Assembly (NCBI GenBank): GCA_022868165.1
Contig: JALHYA010000002.1
Span: 1,478 to 65,477 of the forward strand
Reading direction: 5' to 3'
DNA: 64,000 bases
Source: Patescibacteria group bacterium
GTDB lineage: Bacteria; Patescibacteriota; Microgenomatia; UBA8517
Part shown: piece by piece, positions 53,943-63,643 of the stretch
Layout of the letters: each line of letters begins with the position of its first letter
Position numbering within the stretch: the first letter of the stretch is position 1
The notes under the pieces: model-generated
Databases searched by the model: none
What the model was told of the DNA's origin: nothing
What the model saw: only the letters and a program-made list of their open reading frames with translations
Position numbers and translations under genes: made by a program

Positions 53943-54371
53943 TTAGCCCTGCTTTTGCCAGAAGAACACATAACCATGCGAGTAGGAATACCATAAATAG
54001 ACCCCTACTAATGCCAATATAACCAGTATCACCAAAACCAGATAAACCTTACGTCCTGATGACTTCTTCTTGACCTGCTTTTCCTTTTTCTGCTGCAATC
54101 TTTCACTGTTCTGCTGCAATCTTTCCCTTTCGGTCTGTTCCCAGATTGCTGTGGCTTTCTCTAATTTATGCTCTGGCTCGCCACCGGTCTCTGCCTTCGG
54201 CTTCGAATTCTGTGGCTGGCTGATTAAAAAATCGAGTTGCTCTTTGATAAAATTGATACCCTGAATGATAGCGGTGTATTGAGTTATTAACATTGGCTCG
54301 TTAATGGCCGGCGACGTTTCCTTTTGCTGTTTGATTTTCAGTATTCTCGGTTTGTCTGATTGTTCTAACAT
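53943..54371 (-). CDS. Protein with C-terminal TM segment
   Basis: AGGAG RBS; duplicated ERLQQ. Confidence 0.6.
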   Translation of the reverse strand: MLEQSDKPRILKIKQQKETSPAINEPMLITQYTAIIQGINFIKEQLDFLISQPQNSKPKAETGGEPEHKLEKATAIWEQTERERLQQNSERLQQKKEKQVKKKSSGRKVYLVLVILVILALVGVYLWYSYSHGYVFFWQKQG

Positions 54372-54381
54372 TTATTTTCTC

Positions 54382-54603
54382 CTATTCCAATTTTCGCTGT
54401 GCTCTTACTTCTCTCTGGTAATCCGTTTGCTCGTTAAAGGTGCAATCCGGCTCTGTGCAATCCTCGCACAAAACAACTGAAACCGGGCAACTTTTGGGCT
54501 TTGTGGTATTGTAGTTGTGGTCACCTCGATGCCTCTTGTATGGGTTGCAAGGCAAGGCACAACCTATGCTGCCAAAGGTGTTTATCCGGTCTCTAAGATT
54601 CAC
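54382..54603 (-). CDS. Cys-rich hypothetical protein
   Basis: Six Cys, in operon. Confidence 0.5.
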   Translation of the reverse strand: MNLRDRINTFGSIGCALPCNPYKRHRGDHNYNTTKPKSCPVSVVLCEDCTEPDCTFNEQTDYQREVRAQRKLE

Positions 54604-54922
54604 CGACTTTCCTTACTGGATTGATTACATTTCCCTGCAACCGTGCATGACAATCATTCCGTACCATTAAAGAATTTTTCAGACTCAATCGCCCGCCCAG
54701 TCCCCGGTGATTCTCTTCATGTGGATGCAATCCTTCGTAATTCGCTGGTCTACCGCAACCGCATTCGCAGATTCCGCCACGGCAATAACCACCGACTAAA
54801 TTATTAGCCTTTACCCACTCTCCGCCAACTCGGATGCAGAGCTTAATTCTTGTCGGCAGTTCGTCTTTTAGCTGTTGTCGTTTTCTTTGGCTTATCGGGC
54901 TTAGCCGTGTCCGTTTTAACAT
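54593..54922 (-). CDS. Small HNH endonuclease-like protein
   Basis: CECGCG...LHPHE..HRGLGG...N...RNDCH. Confidence 0.7.
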   Translation of the reverse strand: MLKRTRLSPISQRKRQQLKDELPTRIKLCIRVGGEWVKANNLVGGYCRGGICECGCGRPANYEGLHPHEENHRGLGGRLSLKNSLMVRNDCHARLQGNVINPVRKVGES

Positions 54923-55117
54923 CGGTTTTCACCTCACCATGCAACCAGGGTATGAATCTTTGAATTGGCTTAACCAAAAACTCACAATCCTCCGCCTTAA
55001 ACTCTCCCGACTTCGGGCAAACTACCATACCGGAGCCTTCACCTTGCCATGCTTTGCAAAAGTATTTTGGGTTTAGCGGGTCATTGGGTATTTTATGACA
55101 AACACTTGAACAGTAAT

Positions 55118-55378
55118 TCATCTTCTTACTCCTTCCCTAAAGGCATCTAGGGGTATCATCACCAATCGTCTGCCCTTGATTACTCGCTCCGGATAACCCA
55201 CGGTTTTGTATTTTGAAATGTAAAACGGATTCGGGAACACCTTTGAGCCATCGCCTTTCCTGCTCAAGGTAAACTGGACTTCGATAACTTCGCTTTCACG
55301 TATGATTTTGTCCTTTGCAATTCCAACTTGCATTCGTCCCGTGTCGGCATGCATTTCTGGTTTTTTTAATTCAATCAT
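55118..55378 (-). CDS. Hypothetical phage protein
   Basis: ATGA-coupled. Confidence 0.6.
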   Translation of the reverse strand: MIELKKPEMHADTGRMQVGIAKDKIIRESEVIEVQFTLSRKGDGSKVFPNPFYISKYKTVGYPERVIKGRRLVMIPLDAFREGVRR

Positions 55379-55770
55379 TTCAACGCCTCATTCTGCCACT
55401 TTCTTATCAAGCTCCAGTGATTCTCAAGTATATCATCGGGTATCTTTACGGTCTCTGAAAGAGACATGTCGGCAACCGCCTTAACCGTTACCTGAGCCTG
55501 TATCGAAGCCTCACGGCTCGGCTCCGGCTGAATAACCTTAACCACTACATTCTGCCCTTTCTCTTTGTCTATCTCCACATCAGCGTCTATGGTTTTGCCT
55601 TCTACTAAGGCTTCCATAACCTGCGGCCTAAAAGTTACGAACTCCGAAACCTTCTCGCCCGTTCTGTCGCACATCGCAGTAAAGGTTAATTTCTCGTAGG
55701 GCTTACCCTCTACCGGGGACTTGACACCGATTTTGACTATCGTGAGCTTGAACCTTATAGGATTACCCAT
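55375..55770 (-). CDS. Hypothetical protein, possible OB-fold ssDNA-binding protein
   Basis: AAGGAG RBS; beta-rich; lies in the replication region; function is a guess. Confidence 0.45.
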   Translation of the reverse strand: MGNPIRFKLTIVKIGVKSPVEGKPYEKLTFTAMCDRTGEKVSEFVTFRPQVMEALVEGKTIDADVEIDKEKGQNVVVKVIQPEPSREASIQAQVTVKAVADMSLSETVKIPDDILENHWSLIRKWQNEALK

Positions 55771-55899
55771 TTTGAATTCTCCTTTACCAAAGTTTAAACA
55801 CTGGTCGATTCCAAATACCCCAAAATCCTAAAAAGAAAACAACAGCCCTAACTAGCACGCCGATACCAGCTAACACAATGAGAATTATCAGTACTTTTT

Positions 55900-56121
55900 T
55901 CATGGCACTGGCACTTCATTAAGGCTTCGTTCCTGACACCTTTCATAAAGGCATCGTTCACAATTACAATCTGCCGGATGCAATTCATTTTCCGAATATT
56001 TACACTCTCGTTTTTTATTTGACGGATAAGCCCCGACTGCGCAAAACAGAAAGTGCTTACCGCAGGTTTTATCATCCCAGCCTTTCTCATTCTTACACTG
56101 TAAACAGATACTCTCAACCAT
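55900..56121 (-). CDS. Cys-rich hypothetical protein
   Basis: Nine Cys, in operon. Confidence 0.5.
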   Translation of the reverse strand: MVESICLQCKNEKGWDDKTCGKHFLFCAVGAYPSNKKRECKYSENELHPADCNCERCLYERCQERSLNEVPVP

Positions 56122-56309
56122 TAACTTTCCTTTATGGATTCAATAAGCCTTGTTAGCCGGCGACTCGTGCCACCATCAGCAAAAACTAAGGTTGTGTATT
56201 TCCCATCTTTGCTTTTTTTAATTTCTACAACATCATCAAATGATAACCGTTGATAAGTAGTCCTATATTGTTTCGGTTCTTTAGCGATAACCCTATACCT
56301 TTTCGCCAT
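56121..56309 (-). CDS. Small basic protein
   Basis: Start MAKRYR after AGGGAG. Confidence 0.55.
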   Translation of the reverse strand: MAKRYRVIAKEPKQYRTTYQRLSFDDVVEIKKSKDGKYTTLVFADGGTSRRLTRLIESIKES

Positions 56310-56325
56310 TTCTCTTAATCTCCCT

Positions 56326-56736
56326 CTATTCCGCATATTCTCCGTACTTTTTGCCTGTTATTGTCTCCAACTCATTCCGAAGTTCGCCTATCTTTTCATC
56401 TAGTTTATTCACTTCTACATGGCATTTGTGCATTGAATCAATGAGGATTTGGTTAGCATCTGTTTTTCTAAAAAGTTCTCTTGCCTTTTCCTTGCTACGT
56501 CTTTGCTTCCCTTTTTCAGTCCTTATTACCCAAGCCTCTCCATCTTCGGATAAAGATGTGACTGTAACGATTTCGGTATCAATATCTCTCCACCCAAAAT
56601 ACCAAGCGTCAAAGCGTTCAAATTCCTTTTTGGCTAAGTTATCTATCCTTTGCTTAATGAGCTTAAAGATATTCTGTGTAGACGAATCCAGTATTTTCGC
56701 AGTTTCTCTTATGGTATAGCCGGAGGATTGCTTCAT
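56326..56736 (-). CDS. Hypothetical protein with N-terminal HTH-like segment
   Basis: YTIRETAKILDSSTQNIFKLIK. Confidence 0.55.
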   Translation of the reverse strand: MKQSSGYTIRETAKILDSSTQNIFKLIKQRIDNLAKKEFERFDAWYFGWRDIDTEIVTVTSLSEDGEAWVIRTEKGKQRRSKEKARELFRKTDANQILIDSMHKCHVEVNKLDEKIGELRNELETITGKKYGEYAE

Positions 56737-56910
56737 TGATTCTTTCCCGCTATTGTTGCTATGATAACAAATATTAAAGTCATAAACGAGAACCATACCA
56801 AACCACTTAAAACACCTATCAGTTGGTTATTTATGCTTAATATCAAAGCCGAACCGCCACTTACTACACCAACGAAGTATGATACCATCGCAATAATTCT
56901 ACCAAGCATC

Positions 56911-57198
56911 TTATTTACTTGCCTCGCTCATTTTTAATTCCGCATCTAGTGCCTGATGAAATAAACTCTGGGTTTCTGCATCGAACTCTTCCGGCGTAAA
57001 AGGTTTCCATCCAGTAGGGGATAGTACCAAAGCACCGCTATCAACATAAAAGGCTCTGTTTACCCAAAACATTCCAGTCTCTCTATACTTCGGCTCGAAA
57101 TAATAGACTTTACTTTTCTCGGCAACACCTTTACTGAATACCATGCTTAATCCCTGCCGGTATAGTTCTTTCTTATCTTCAATTTCTTCGGGTTTCAT
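56911..57198 (-). CDS. Hypothetical protein
   Basis: ATGA-coupled start MKPEEI. Confidence 0.55.
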   Translation of the reverse strand: MKPEEIEDKKELYRQGLSMVFSKGVAEKSKVYYFEPKYRETGMFWVNRAFYVDSGALVLSPTGWKPFTPEEFDAETQSLFHQALDAELKMSEASK

Positions 57199-57929
57199 AA
57201 TGGAAATTCCTGCCTCAACTTCCAAGTGCCATGCTCAATATCACGATTTAATAACTCTACGCCAGCGTTTGCATACCCACCATCTCTTATCAATAGTGGC
57301 TTCAGATTATCTTTCAGAAATACGGGTGTTTCTGCTTTATCCGCAGCCTCGACAATCTCCTGTATCCATTCTATTTTAGGTTGTGTCTTGGCTGAGATTG
57401 GTGTCTGTTGCCCGATGATGAGCCATTTTATTTCAGGCTGAGATTTCAAGTCTGTCTCAATAAGCCAAGATTCAATGTGCCAATCCAGTAATGGTTCAAA
57501 GGAAATAAATTGTACTGGTGCCTTAACATGCACTAGATTATTTAGAGCATCAACAAATTCTTGTCCATCTGTAGCCGTCACTCCAACCCAGCAATTCTCC
57601 GGGAACGGTGACCACTTGCTTAAGTTTTGAGGTTGCTTGGTAAGGAAGATAAAAGTGTGTTGTGATTCAATTTGACAATGAAGGAAAATGTCCTTTAGCC
57701 ATTCATCGGGAATCCAATCTCCGAATAATTCCATAGTTGAACCGATAAAAATGCGGGATGGTTTTATATGGGGCAATTCGCTCCACCAGCGAGACGTAAG
57801 GTGTATTTTAGGATTCCACTTGAACCGTTTATACATCGCCCTAGCGTAGCAATAAGAGCAAGCCATAGGGCATAAACCTTTTACGGGGTTAAGCGAGTAA
57901 TCACACCACTCAATTTTTGATTTCTGCAT
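57195..57929 (-). CDS. DUF5131 (phage Gp37/Gp68) family protein
   Basis: SKIEWCDYSLNPVKGLCPMACSYCYA, FLTK, ISFEPL, PVFLK. Confidence 0.9.
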   Translation of the reverse strand: MQKSKIEWCDYSLNPVKGLCPMACSYCYARAMYKRFKWNPKIHLTSRWWSELPHIKPSRIFIGSTMELFGDWIPDEWLKDIFLHCQIESQHTFIFLTKQPQNLSKWSPFPENCWVGVTATDGQEFVDALNNLVHVKAPVQFISFEPLLDWHIESWLIETDLKSQPEIKWLIIGQQTPISAKTQPKIEWIQEIVEAADKAETPVFLKDNLKPLLIRDGGYANAGVELLNRDIEHGTWKLRQEFPL

Positions 57930-57930
57930 T

Positions 57931-58275
57931 TCAGCTTTTCACCATATGCCCGTATTTGCCTTGTGTAAACTTGTTCCGGTCTGCCGTATCGACCCTATGC
58001 CTTTGCTGGTCACGGCTCAACATTTTTTGGATGTAGTTTAAGTGGCTACCCTGGATTCCATTAGCTGAAGCTATCCACATCAATTGTAACACCCGGCAGT
58101 AATCACCGCCAGCCTGCTTGATTATTCCAGCGATTCTACCACCTAAGTTTTCAAAATCCTCCGGCAACGCTTCGCTGTGCAGGGTATTGAAACACTCAAC
58201 TAGAAACGCTACTTTATTCGTGCTTTCGATAGCTCTTTGGCGTAACTGTTGAAAACTGAGAAATTTAGTGTCCAT
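57931..58275 (-). CDS. Hypothetical protein
   Basis: In operon. Confidence 0.55.
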   Translation of the reverse strand: MDTKFLSFQQLRQRAIESTNKVAFLVECFNTLHSEALPEDFENLGGRIAGIIKQAGGDYCRVLQLMWIASANGIQGSHLNYIQKMLSRDQQRHRVDTADRNKFTQGKYGHMVKS

Positions 58276-58474
58276 GATTTTTTAAATTACTGTCGATGAG
58301 ATAGTTATCGGCAGCCGTGATTATGTCCAGTATCAATGCCCCAGTTCCAGGGAATGACTTTATCAATTTCATGTTAAAGTCGAGCAACTGTAAATCGCCA
58401 TCTTTGTCAACAAGGCTCAGCCCAGCATCCCTGTGGCGTGGTGCGAGAGTTCCGTTAAGAATTTGTTGCATCAT
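58265..58474 (-). CDS. Hypothetical protein
   Basis: In operon. Confidence 0.55.
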   Translation of the reverse strand: MMQQILNGTLAPRHRDAGLSLVDKDGDLQLLDFNMKLIKSFPGTGALILDIITAADNYLIDSNLKNHGH

Positions 58475-58475
58475 T

Positions 58476-58844
58476 TTAAACTTTCACCAGTTCTGAATTT
58501 TTAAGGACACTATCTATAATCAAGTATCCCTTATGATTCTTGCGACTTGGGCGGATATTCCATCCCGCAGTTTTCTGATTCCATTCTACAACCTTGGAAT
58601 AAAGTTGAGGCAACTTAGTGCCATTGGGTGTGTTCACGCTTAATAACCGGACTGTATCACCCTCGTAAATATCTCTGCCGGCTTCATCCTTGTGCCCTGT
58701 GTATTGTTCTTCGGTTCCAATGGCACAAGGTATAACCCCAATATAAAAAACACCATCTGATTCAAAGCAATTGGTAACATCGTGCAATGAAAAATAGACA
58801 AGTTCGCCGTCAAGTGTTTTTGCTCTGAATTTTAATTCTCGCAT
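58476..58844 (-). CDS. YopX-family protein
   Basis: MRELKFRA...QYTGHKDEAGRDIYEGD. Confidence 0.9.
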   Translation of the reverse strand: MRELKFRAKTLDGELVYFSLHDVTNCFESDGVFYIGVIPCAIGTEEQYTGHKDEAGRDIYEGDTVRLLSVNTPNGTKLPQLYSKVVEWNQKTAGWNIRPSRKNHKGYLIIDSVLKNSELVKV

Positions 58845-58845
58845 T

Positions 58846-59046
58846 TCAACCTCTAATCACCCTATTCGCCGGCAACCTTTCAATCATGCTCTGCAACTGT
58901 TTCTCGGTAATCCCTACCCGTAATCCGTTTATCGAGTAAGAATACCGACCATTGTTTTTGAGAAGCGTGACTCCGCCGTTCTTGGTTTCGATGTGGGCTT
59001 TGCCCACCTTATCGAGCAACTTCTTAATATCGGAATTATTTGCCAT
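58846..59046 (-). CDS. Small basic protein
   Basis: AAGGA RBS. Confidence 0.55.
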   Translation of the reverse strand: MANNSDIKKLLDKVGKAHIETKNGGVTLLKNNGRYSYSINGLRVGITEKQLQSMIERLPANRVIRG

Positions 59047-59188
59047 TGTTACATTCCTTCACAACTAACGGTTTTGGTTTATCAAAAAAAGGTGTTTTGC
59101 ATTTAGGACAAAGCCGGACATCTTCGCTCCGGGGTGTCCACTTATGCCCGCAACGCAAACACTCAAGCGTCAGTAACTCTAACTTCAT
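59036..59188 (-). CDS. Small zinc-ribbon protein (50 aa), paralogue of 2013-2168
   Basis: ECLRCGHKWTPRSEDVRLCPKCKTPFFD. Confidence 0.8.
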   Translation of the reverse strand: MKLELLTLECLRCGHKWTPRSEDVRLCPKCKTPFFDKPKPLVVKECNNGK

Positions 59189-59205
59189 ATTTTAACCTCT
59201 TACCT

Positions 59206-59234
59206 ATATTATACTATATGGGTAACTTTGTCAA
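59206..59234 (-). promoter_or_regulatory. sigma70-like promoter
   Basis: TTGACA followed at 15-17 nt by TATAATAT. Confidence 0.65.
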
Positions 59235-59479
59235 GCGATTTTAGCCACTTTTTAGAGAAAATTTTGAGAAACCGTAAAAGCCACCAGGTTAGCAACAGAG
59301 GCACTTAAAAGCTGAAAGTATAGCGGAATAGCTAGTAAGGCGGGTATGGCAAATTTCCACTTGTGGGCGAACGCAACATTTACAATTATAGCTATACAAT
59401 GTATGTCAATATATTATAAGCCAATCGTAGCTAGATGTGGAAATTGTTGCCATTTATTGTAAAGTAGCAATCGCAAAGA

Positions 59480-59845
59480 CTAGCTACGGTTACGGTGTTT
59501 GATATGCCTGCGTTTCTGCTTCCAATGATAACTTCGCTTCTCTCTCGGTCTGCCAGGCTTAGGTGATGGCTCAGTAGTTAATTGTGTGGAATCAAAAGGG
59601 ATATTGGCGAGTTGCCCATAGGAGCCAAGATAATACAGATTACGCTTACGGGATTTGTTGCGGACTATCTTGACTATGGTTCGTGGCCGGTTGCGGTCTA
59701 TGAGTTTTAATCCTTCTGGATTCGGGGTGTAGACTATTCCGCCTTTCTTGTAGGAATGCTTGGGCTTCTTGGTCTTGCCGGTTATTATTTTGGTCTCATG
59801 CCCAGTAAGGCGTACACGGTCACCAATTTTAAACTTCGCTGACAT
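59480..59845 (-). CDS. Basic hypothetical protein
   Basis: KFKIGDRVRL SH3-like start; K/R-rich. Confidence 0.6.
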   Translation of the reverse strand: MSAKFKIGDRVRLTGHETKIITGKTKKPKHSYKKGGIVYTPNPEGLKLIDRNRPRTIVKIVRNKSRKRNLYYLGSYGQLANIPFDSTQLTTEPSPKPGRPREKRSYHWKQKRRHIKHRNRS

Positions 59846-59846
59846 T

Positions 59847-60488
59847 TTATAACCCTAATTCCATTACTCCTTGTAAGCATCGCCCCGCAGCGATTTCACA
59901 ATATTTCTCGGAGATTTCAACCCCGATTGACTTTCTATTTAACGCTTTAGCTGCTTCAAGCGTAGTACCACTTCCCATAAATGGGTCTAAAATTATACTA
60001 CCCGGAAGAGATGCTCTTGTTACAATTTGCTTCCATAGAGATATTGGTTTAGCGCAAGGATGTTCATTATCACTTGCTTGTTCATTGCTGAATATTACAT
60101 CTGGTCTTCTCCCTAGTTTATTAGCTAAATAAGGATCATTCCCATAAGCCAAGATTGGTTGCCAGCAACAGAATCCCCATTTTCCGCTGCCAATACCTGC
60201 GTTAGATACCCATAGTAATGTCCAGTCTGGCTCTGGATACAACCATAAATTACCAACGCCACAAGTAATCAAAACTCTCGCTGATTTATCCCTAACTATT
60301 GGCAGAGTTGTCTTAATTAGATTACCTAGATTTTCTTTTGTATCTAAGTAGTTATCATATTCTGTGTTGTTGCCATATGGCAAATCAGTTATGGTTGAAT
60401 CAACCTTAATATCCAACTGTGGCAATACCTCCCTGCAATCGCCTAGGAATATTTTAACCCATTTATCCTGATAATACGGCTTTATCAT
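59847..60488 (-). CDS. DNA N4-C/N6-A methyltransferase, beta class
   Basis: TDLPY, HPCAKP, ILDPFMGSGTT. Confidence 0.9.
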   Translation of the reverse strand: MIKPYYQDKWVKIFLGDCREVLPQLDIKVDSTITDLPYGNNTEYDNYLDTKENLGNLIKTTLPIVRDKSARVLITCGVGNLWLYPEPDWTLLWVSNAGIGSGKWGFCCWQPILAYGNDPYLANKLGRRPDVIFSNEQASDNEHPCAKPISLWKQIVTRASLPGSIILDPFMGSGTTLEAAKALNRKSIGVEISEKYCEIAAGRCLQGVMELGL

Positions 60489-60667
60489 CTCTACTTCCTA
60501 AAGTTTTTATACACCCCGTCTTTAACCGCCCTTTGTATACATCCGGTATTTAAGCAGTTCACCGGCTTTGAATCCCTTACGTAATACTCGAAAACCTTTT
60601 GGCAGTACCGGCAGGTGGTATGATATACCTTATCCTCTCTGGTTCGCCTAGTTGTTGGTTTCGGCAT

Positions 60668-60952
60668 TTAAAATCTCCATCTTGGATGGGTTCGTTGATA
60701 CTCATTCCAACACGCCCTATTGCAATAAATTCGTTTCCGTCTTGCCAGTGTTGAAGGACATAAGTCATCTCGAATAATCTTCTCGCCACAATTAGGACAA
60801 AGAAGTTCTGTGATAGTCTTTTGATGCTGTCTGTGTCCTCGTGGGGATACTTGATATATCTTCTTCGGCTTCACCTCTTTGGCTATTGGTTTTTCGTTAC
60901 GGAACTGAGCTAAACGAATCTTCGCTGTTGTCTCTTGTGTCTCAGTATCCAT
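60668..60952 (-). CDS. Zn-finger protein
   Basis: CPNCG...YCNRAC. Confidence 0.6.
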   Translation of the reverse strand: MDTETQETTAKIRLAQFRNEKPIAKEVKPKKIYQVSPRGHRQHQKTITELLCPNCGEKIIRDDLCPSTLARRKRIYCNRACWNEYQRTHPRWRF

Positions 60953-60970
60953 TTTAAATCTTTAACTCCA

Positions 60971-61180
60971 TTACCCCTTGACAGCTTTACCACGTCTCGT
61001 CATAGGTGGTATCCATCCCCAATGTTCAAAAGCTTTCTCTAAACACCATAAATAATTTTGGGCATCTACATCTCCTGAGCAAAACCAGCCACCTATCGCT
61101 ACCAGTCTGTCGTCTAATGTTTCATTTGTACCTAATGGCTCGCTATTGTCATTACTTTTAACTTTATACTTGTGCTTCAT
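60971..61180 (-). CDS. Hypothetical protein
   Basis: GGAG RBS. Confidence 0.5.
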   Translation of the reverse strand: MKHKYKVKSNDNSEPLGTNETLDDRLVAIGGWFCSGDVDAQNYLWCLEKAFEHWGWIPPMTRRGKAVKG

Positions 61181-61205
61181 AGTCCTAGCTCCATTGACAG
61201 CATTG

Positions 61206-61448
61206 CTATCTCTTGCTCAACTTATACTTTTTGTCTTGTCTATACTGTAAAAGGCCATAATTATTTCTACGCAGTTGTGCAGTTGCTCGTCTGTCCTTAA
61301 CAAATTGCAATTTGACTAAAGAATTGCCAACAACTGTAATCCCAATATAATGGACTAGCCCACAATCGCAGCAAGCCAATTTTAATGTCTCATTCTCTGC
61401 GTTGATTATTTGACTATCCCCGTCCTTATATTTATGGTATTTAGTCAT
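61206..61448 (-). CDS. Hypothetical phage protein
   Basis: LACCDCGLVH...RRATAQLRR motif, familiar from small phage proteins. Confidence 0.65.
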   Translation of the reverse strand: MTKYHKYKDGDSQIINAENETLKLACCDCGLVHYIGITVVGNSLVKLQFVKDRRATAQLRRNNYGLLQYRQDKKYKLSKR

Positions 61449-61483
61449 TTAGATTGTTACCCAGTAGTCAGAATAATAGGGAT

Positions 61484-61669
61484 TCATCTTTTCTCTCCGC
61501 ATTGCATAGGCTGAGAATCCTGTTTAACTTTCGTAGAACTGTTAATTAGGCTTCTACCTAGCGGAGATTCCACACAACGCCGACTTCCGCAAGTGGCTGG
61601 TTTAAAACACACCACGTAGCCGTAGCGTCTATTGCATACCGGGCAAATAGCCCACTCTAACTCTACCAT
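61484..61669 (-). CDS. Small Zn-finger protein
   Basis: CPVC...TCGSRRC. Confidence 0.5.
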   Translation of the reverse strand: MVELEWAICPVCNRRYGYVVCFKPATCGSRRCVESPLGRSLINSSTKVKQDSQPMQCGEKR

Positions 61670-62001
61670 TATAGCTTATTCCCATATTGTATAGACTCTG
61701 GCTCAAGGAATCTAACTACTTTATTATGCGCCTTAGCATATTCTAACTCTCGTTTAGTGGATTCTCCAATATAACCCCCAACATTCAAAATCAGAACTTC
61801 GTCAGCCATATCTATTTTACGCAGATGTAATTCATCAAGTTTTACTTTTTGCTCAGGGGCTATTGGTATTCTATCAGCGTGCATAAAACACCCAACGGAA
61901 AGAACGATGTTATTGTTTAATGTCTCTAGATATGTGGCTTGATAGAAGAATTCCTTAAACTTTGTAGAGCCACAAAGGCAAACTATTTTAGGTCTGTTCA
62001 T
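61669..62001 (-). CDS. DUF4406/nucleoside deoxyribosyltransferase-like protein
   Basis: IVCLCGSTKF, LHLRKIDMAD, GGYIGESTKRELEYA. Confidence 0.8.
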   Translation of the reverse strand: MNRPKIVCLCGSTKFKEFFYQATYLETLNNNIVLSVGCFMHADRIPIAPEQKVKLDELHLRKIDMADEVLILNVGGYIGESTKRELEYAKAHNKVVRFLEPESIQYGNKL

Positions 62002-62014
62002 TATTCACCACCTT

Positions 62015-62221
62015 TTAACTTGTTAAATTCCTCATGCCTTCAGTATGAAAATCCATGTGCATTGTAGCTACATTCAAATATCCATATTCCAATAGCATAC
62101 GGCAGTATGTGTCACCATGCCACGGCGATATGAAACGCACAAAATTGCTAGCCCCAATAATGTTATCAAACTCGAAAACGCCACGGTATTTTATAGGGCA
62201 TTTTACTATTAACTTAATCAT
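62015..62221 (-). CDS. Hypothetical protein
   Basis: Coupled to the ATPase gene. Confidence 0.5.
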   Translation of the reverse strand: MIKLIVKCPIKYRGVFEFDNIIGASNFVRFISPWHGDTYCRMLLEYGYLNVATMHMDFHTEGMRNLTS

Positions 62222-63281
62222 TTTGCCCTTTCAGGAGTTCCAACTTACTATCAACCCAGCCTAGCAACCGCAAATCCTCTATAGTACGATTAACATATGC
62301 TACCGACATTTTAGCAGCATCAGCAATGTCCTGCTGCTTCTGTAGCCCTTCTAACCATGCCCTGATAATTACAGCCCGCTTCTTGCTCATGCAGTCCATA
62401 ACCAACCGAACCAAATATGGTTTCAGTTCACTTATTGGTACACCAATCATTAACAATCCTCTAGCTAATCGGCTAATAGCCTGCCCGAACCTAGTGCCTA
62501 ACTCTATATCAGGTATATCGTAAATCTCATTGGTGCGTGTGTTCCTCTCAACTGGTGTCCTTAGCATGGCAGCTAAATTAGCCAATGGTGCAAGATATTC
62601 TAGCTTCGGCTTAGGATAGGCTACGGTGTTGAGAATAATATCTGTCATAGCCTCTTTGAGTTTTATTCTTATCGCTGTCAAGTTGCCATCATTATAAACA
62701 GCCTTATCTACCGCTACGCCTTCTTCTATCGGTCTGCCCCATCGTAAATCCATAAATCTCGAACCAAGCAACTGCTCTAGTTGTCTTTGCCTTTCAACAA
62801 ACTGCGTTGTGCCTAATATCCAATCAAACTTCGTTTCTTGGTGCAGATGTCCTTCTTCGCTACCATAATCAGCATCTAGTTCGCCATCATGGACTCCACG
62901 CAACAAGCCAAAAATTTCTTTTTGCGTATCTAGGTCTTTAGTAAGTATAACAGCAAACTCTTTAGTAATCACCAACTTGCCATCAAGCCTTTCCAATAAT
63001 GGTTTTTGAATGTCCTTATCTCTTTTAAACGAATAGCCACGCCGGATAGCCCCCGGCGTTATACTTTCCATTGTCGTGCTATATCCCTCTTGCTCAGCTA
63101 TAGTCCTCAATAACTCTGTTTTGCCCGTGCCAGATGCACCTATAATTCGTAGCCATAGCATTTCACTTAGTGGTATTTTATGACTGACTGCCGCCGCTAC
63201 TACAATGTCCACAGCCTGCATATCGTCAATCTCAAAATGTTCGGTAAATAGTTGTTTGAAGTCCTCAACCTGCTGTATCAT
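62214..63281 (-). CDS. AAA+ ATPase, probable replicative helicase-like (MCM/SF3-related) with C-terminal HTH
   Basis: Walker A GASGTGKT, LVITKEF, LRGVHDG, GSRF arginine-finger-like motif. Confidence 0.7.
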   Translation of the reverse strand: MIQQVEDFKQLFTEHFEIDDMQAVDIVVAAAVSHKIPLSEMLWLRIIGASGTGKTELLRTIAEQEGYSTTMESITPGAIRRGYSFKRDKDIQKPLLERLDGKLVITKEFAVILTKDLDTQKEIFGLLRGVHDGELDADYGSEEGHLHQETKFDWILGTTQFVERQRQLEQLLGSRFMDLRWGRPIEEGVAVDKAVYNDGNLTAIRIKLKEAMTDIILNTVAYPKPKLEYLAPLANLAAMLRTPVERNTRTNEIYDIPDIELGTRFGQAISRLARGLLMIGVPISELKPYLVRLVMDCMSKKRAVIIRAWLEGLQKQQDIADAAKMSVAYVNRTIEDLRLLGWVDSKLELLKGQND

Positions 63282-63305
63282 TCAGTCCTCCATGTATTTT
63301 TACTA

Positions 63306-63334
63306 ATACTAGCACGTTTTTGTTGTCTTGTCAA
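63306..63334 (-). promoter_or_regulatory. sigma70-like promoter for the ATPase operon
   Basis: TTGACA-17 nt-TAGTAT with TGn extension. Confidence 0.65.
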
Positions 63335-63614
63335 GTATTTTCGGTGTAATTAGTAAATATCTCCTGTTTCTTTTTATACCGTAGCTACATTTTTACTATT
63401 ACAGGGGATACCCACACACCCCCTATATAGGTATATAAAAAAGAATTGTTTTTTACTAATTTTGGATACCCATACCTTAAAAATCAGCGAGGTATAGTAA
63501 AACCCCTATAATTCACGTTGGTTATAGCACCAGAGCAGTAGCTACGTACCCGCAAAGCGGGATTGCCTACGCAATCTTGTAATATCAAATAATACCACGC
63601 CACTATCACGTGAC

Positions 63615-63643
63615 TTGACTAACACGCTTGTTTGGTGTATCAT
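63615..63643 (+). promoter_or_regulatory. sigma70-like promoter
   Basis: TTGACT-17 nt-TATCAT upstream of AGGAGG. Confidence 0.6.

Noticed and set aside
59235-59479. Non-coding gap as ncRNA or origin
   Set aside because: No convincing repeats or stable structure seen beyond the adjacent promoter.
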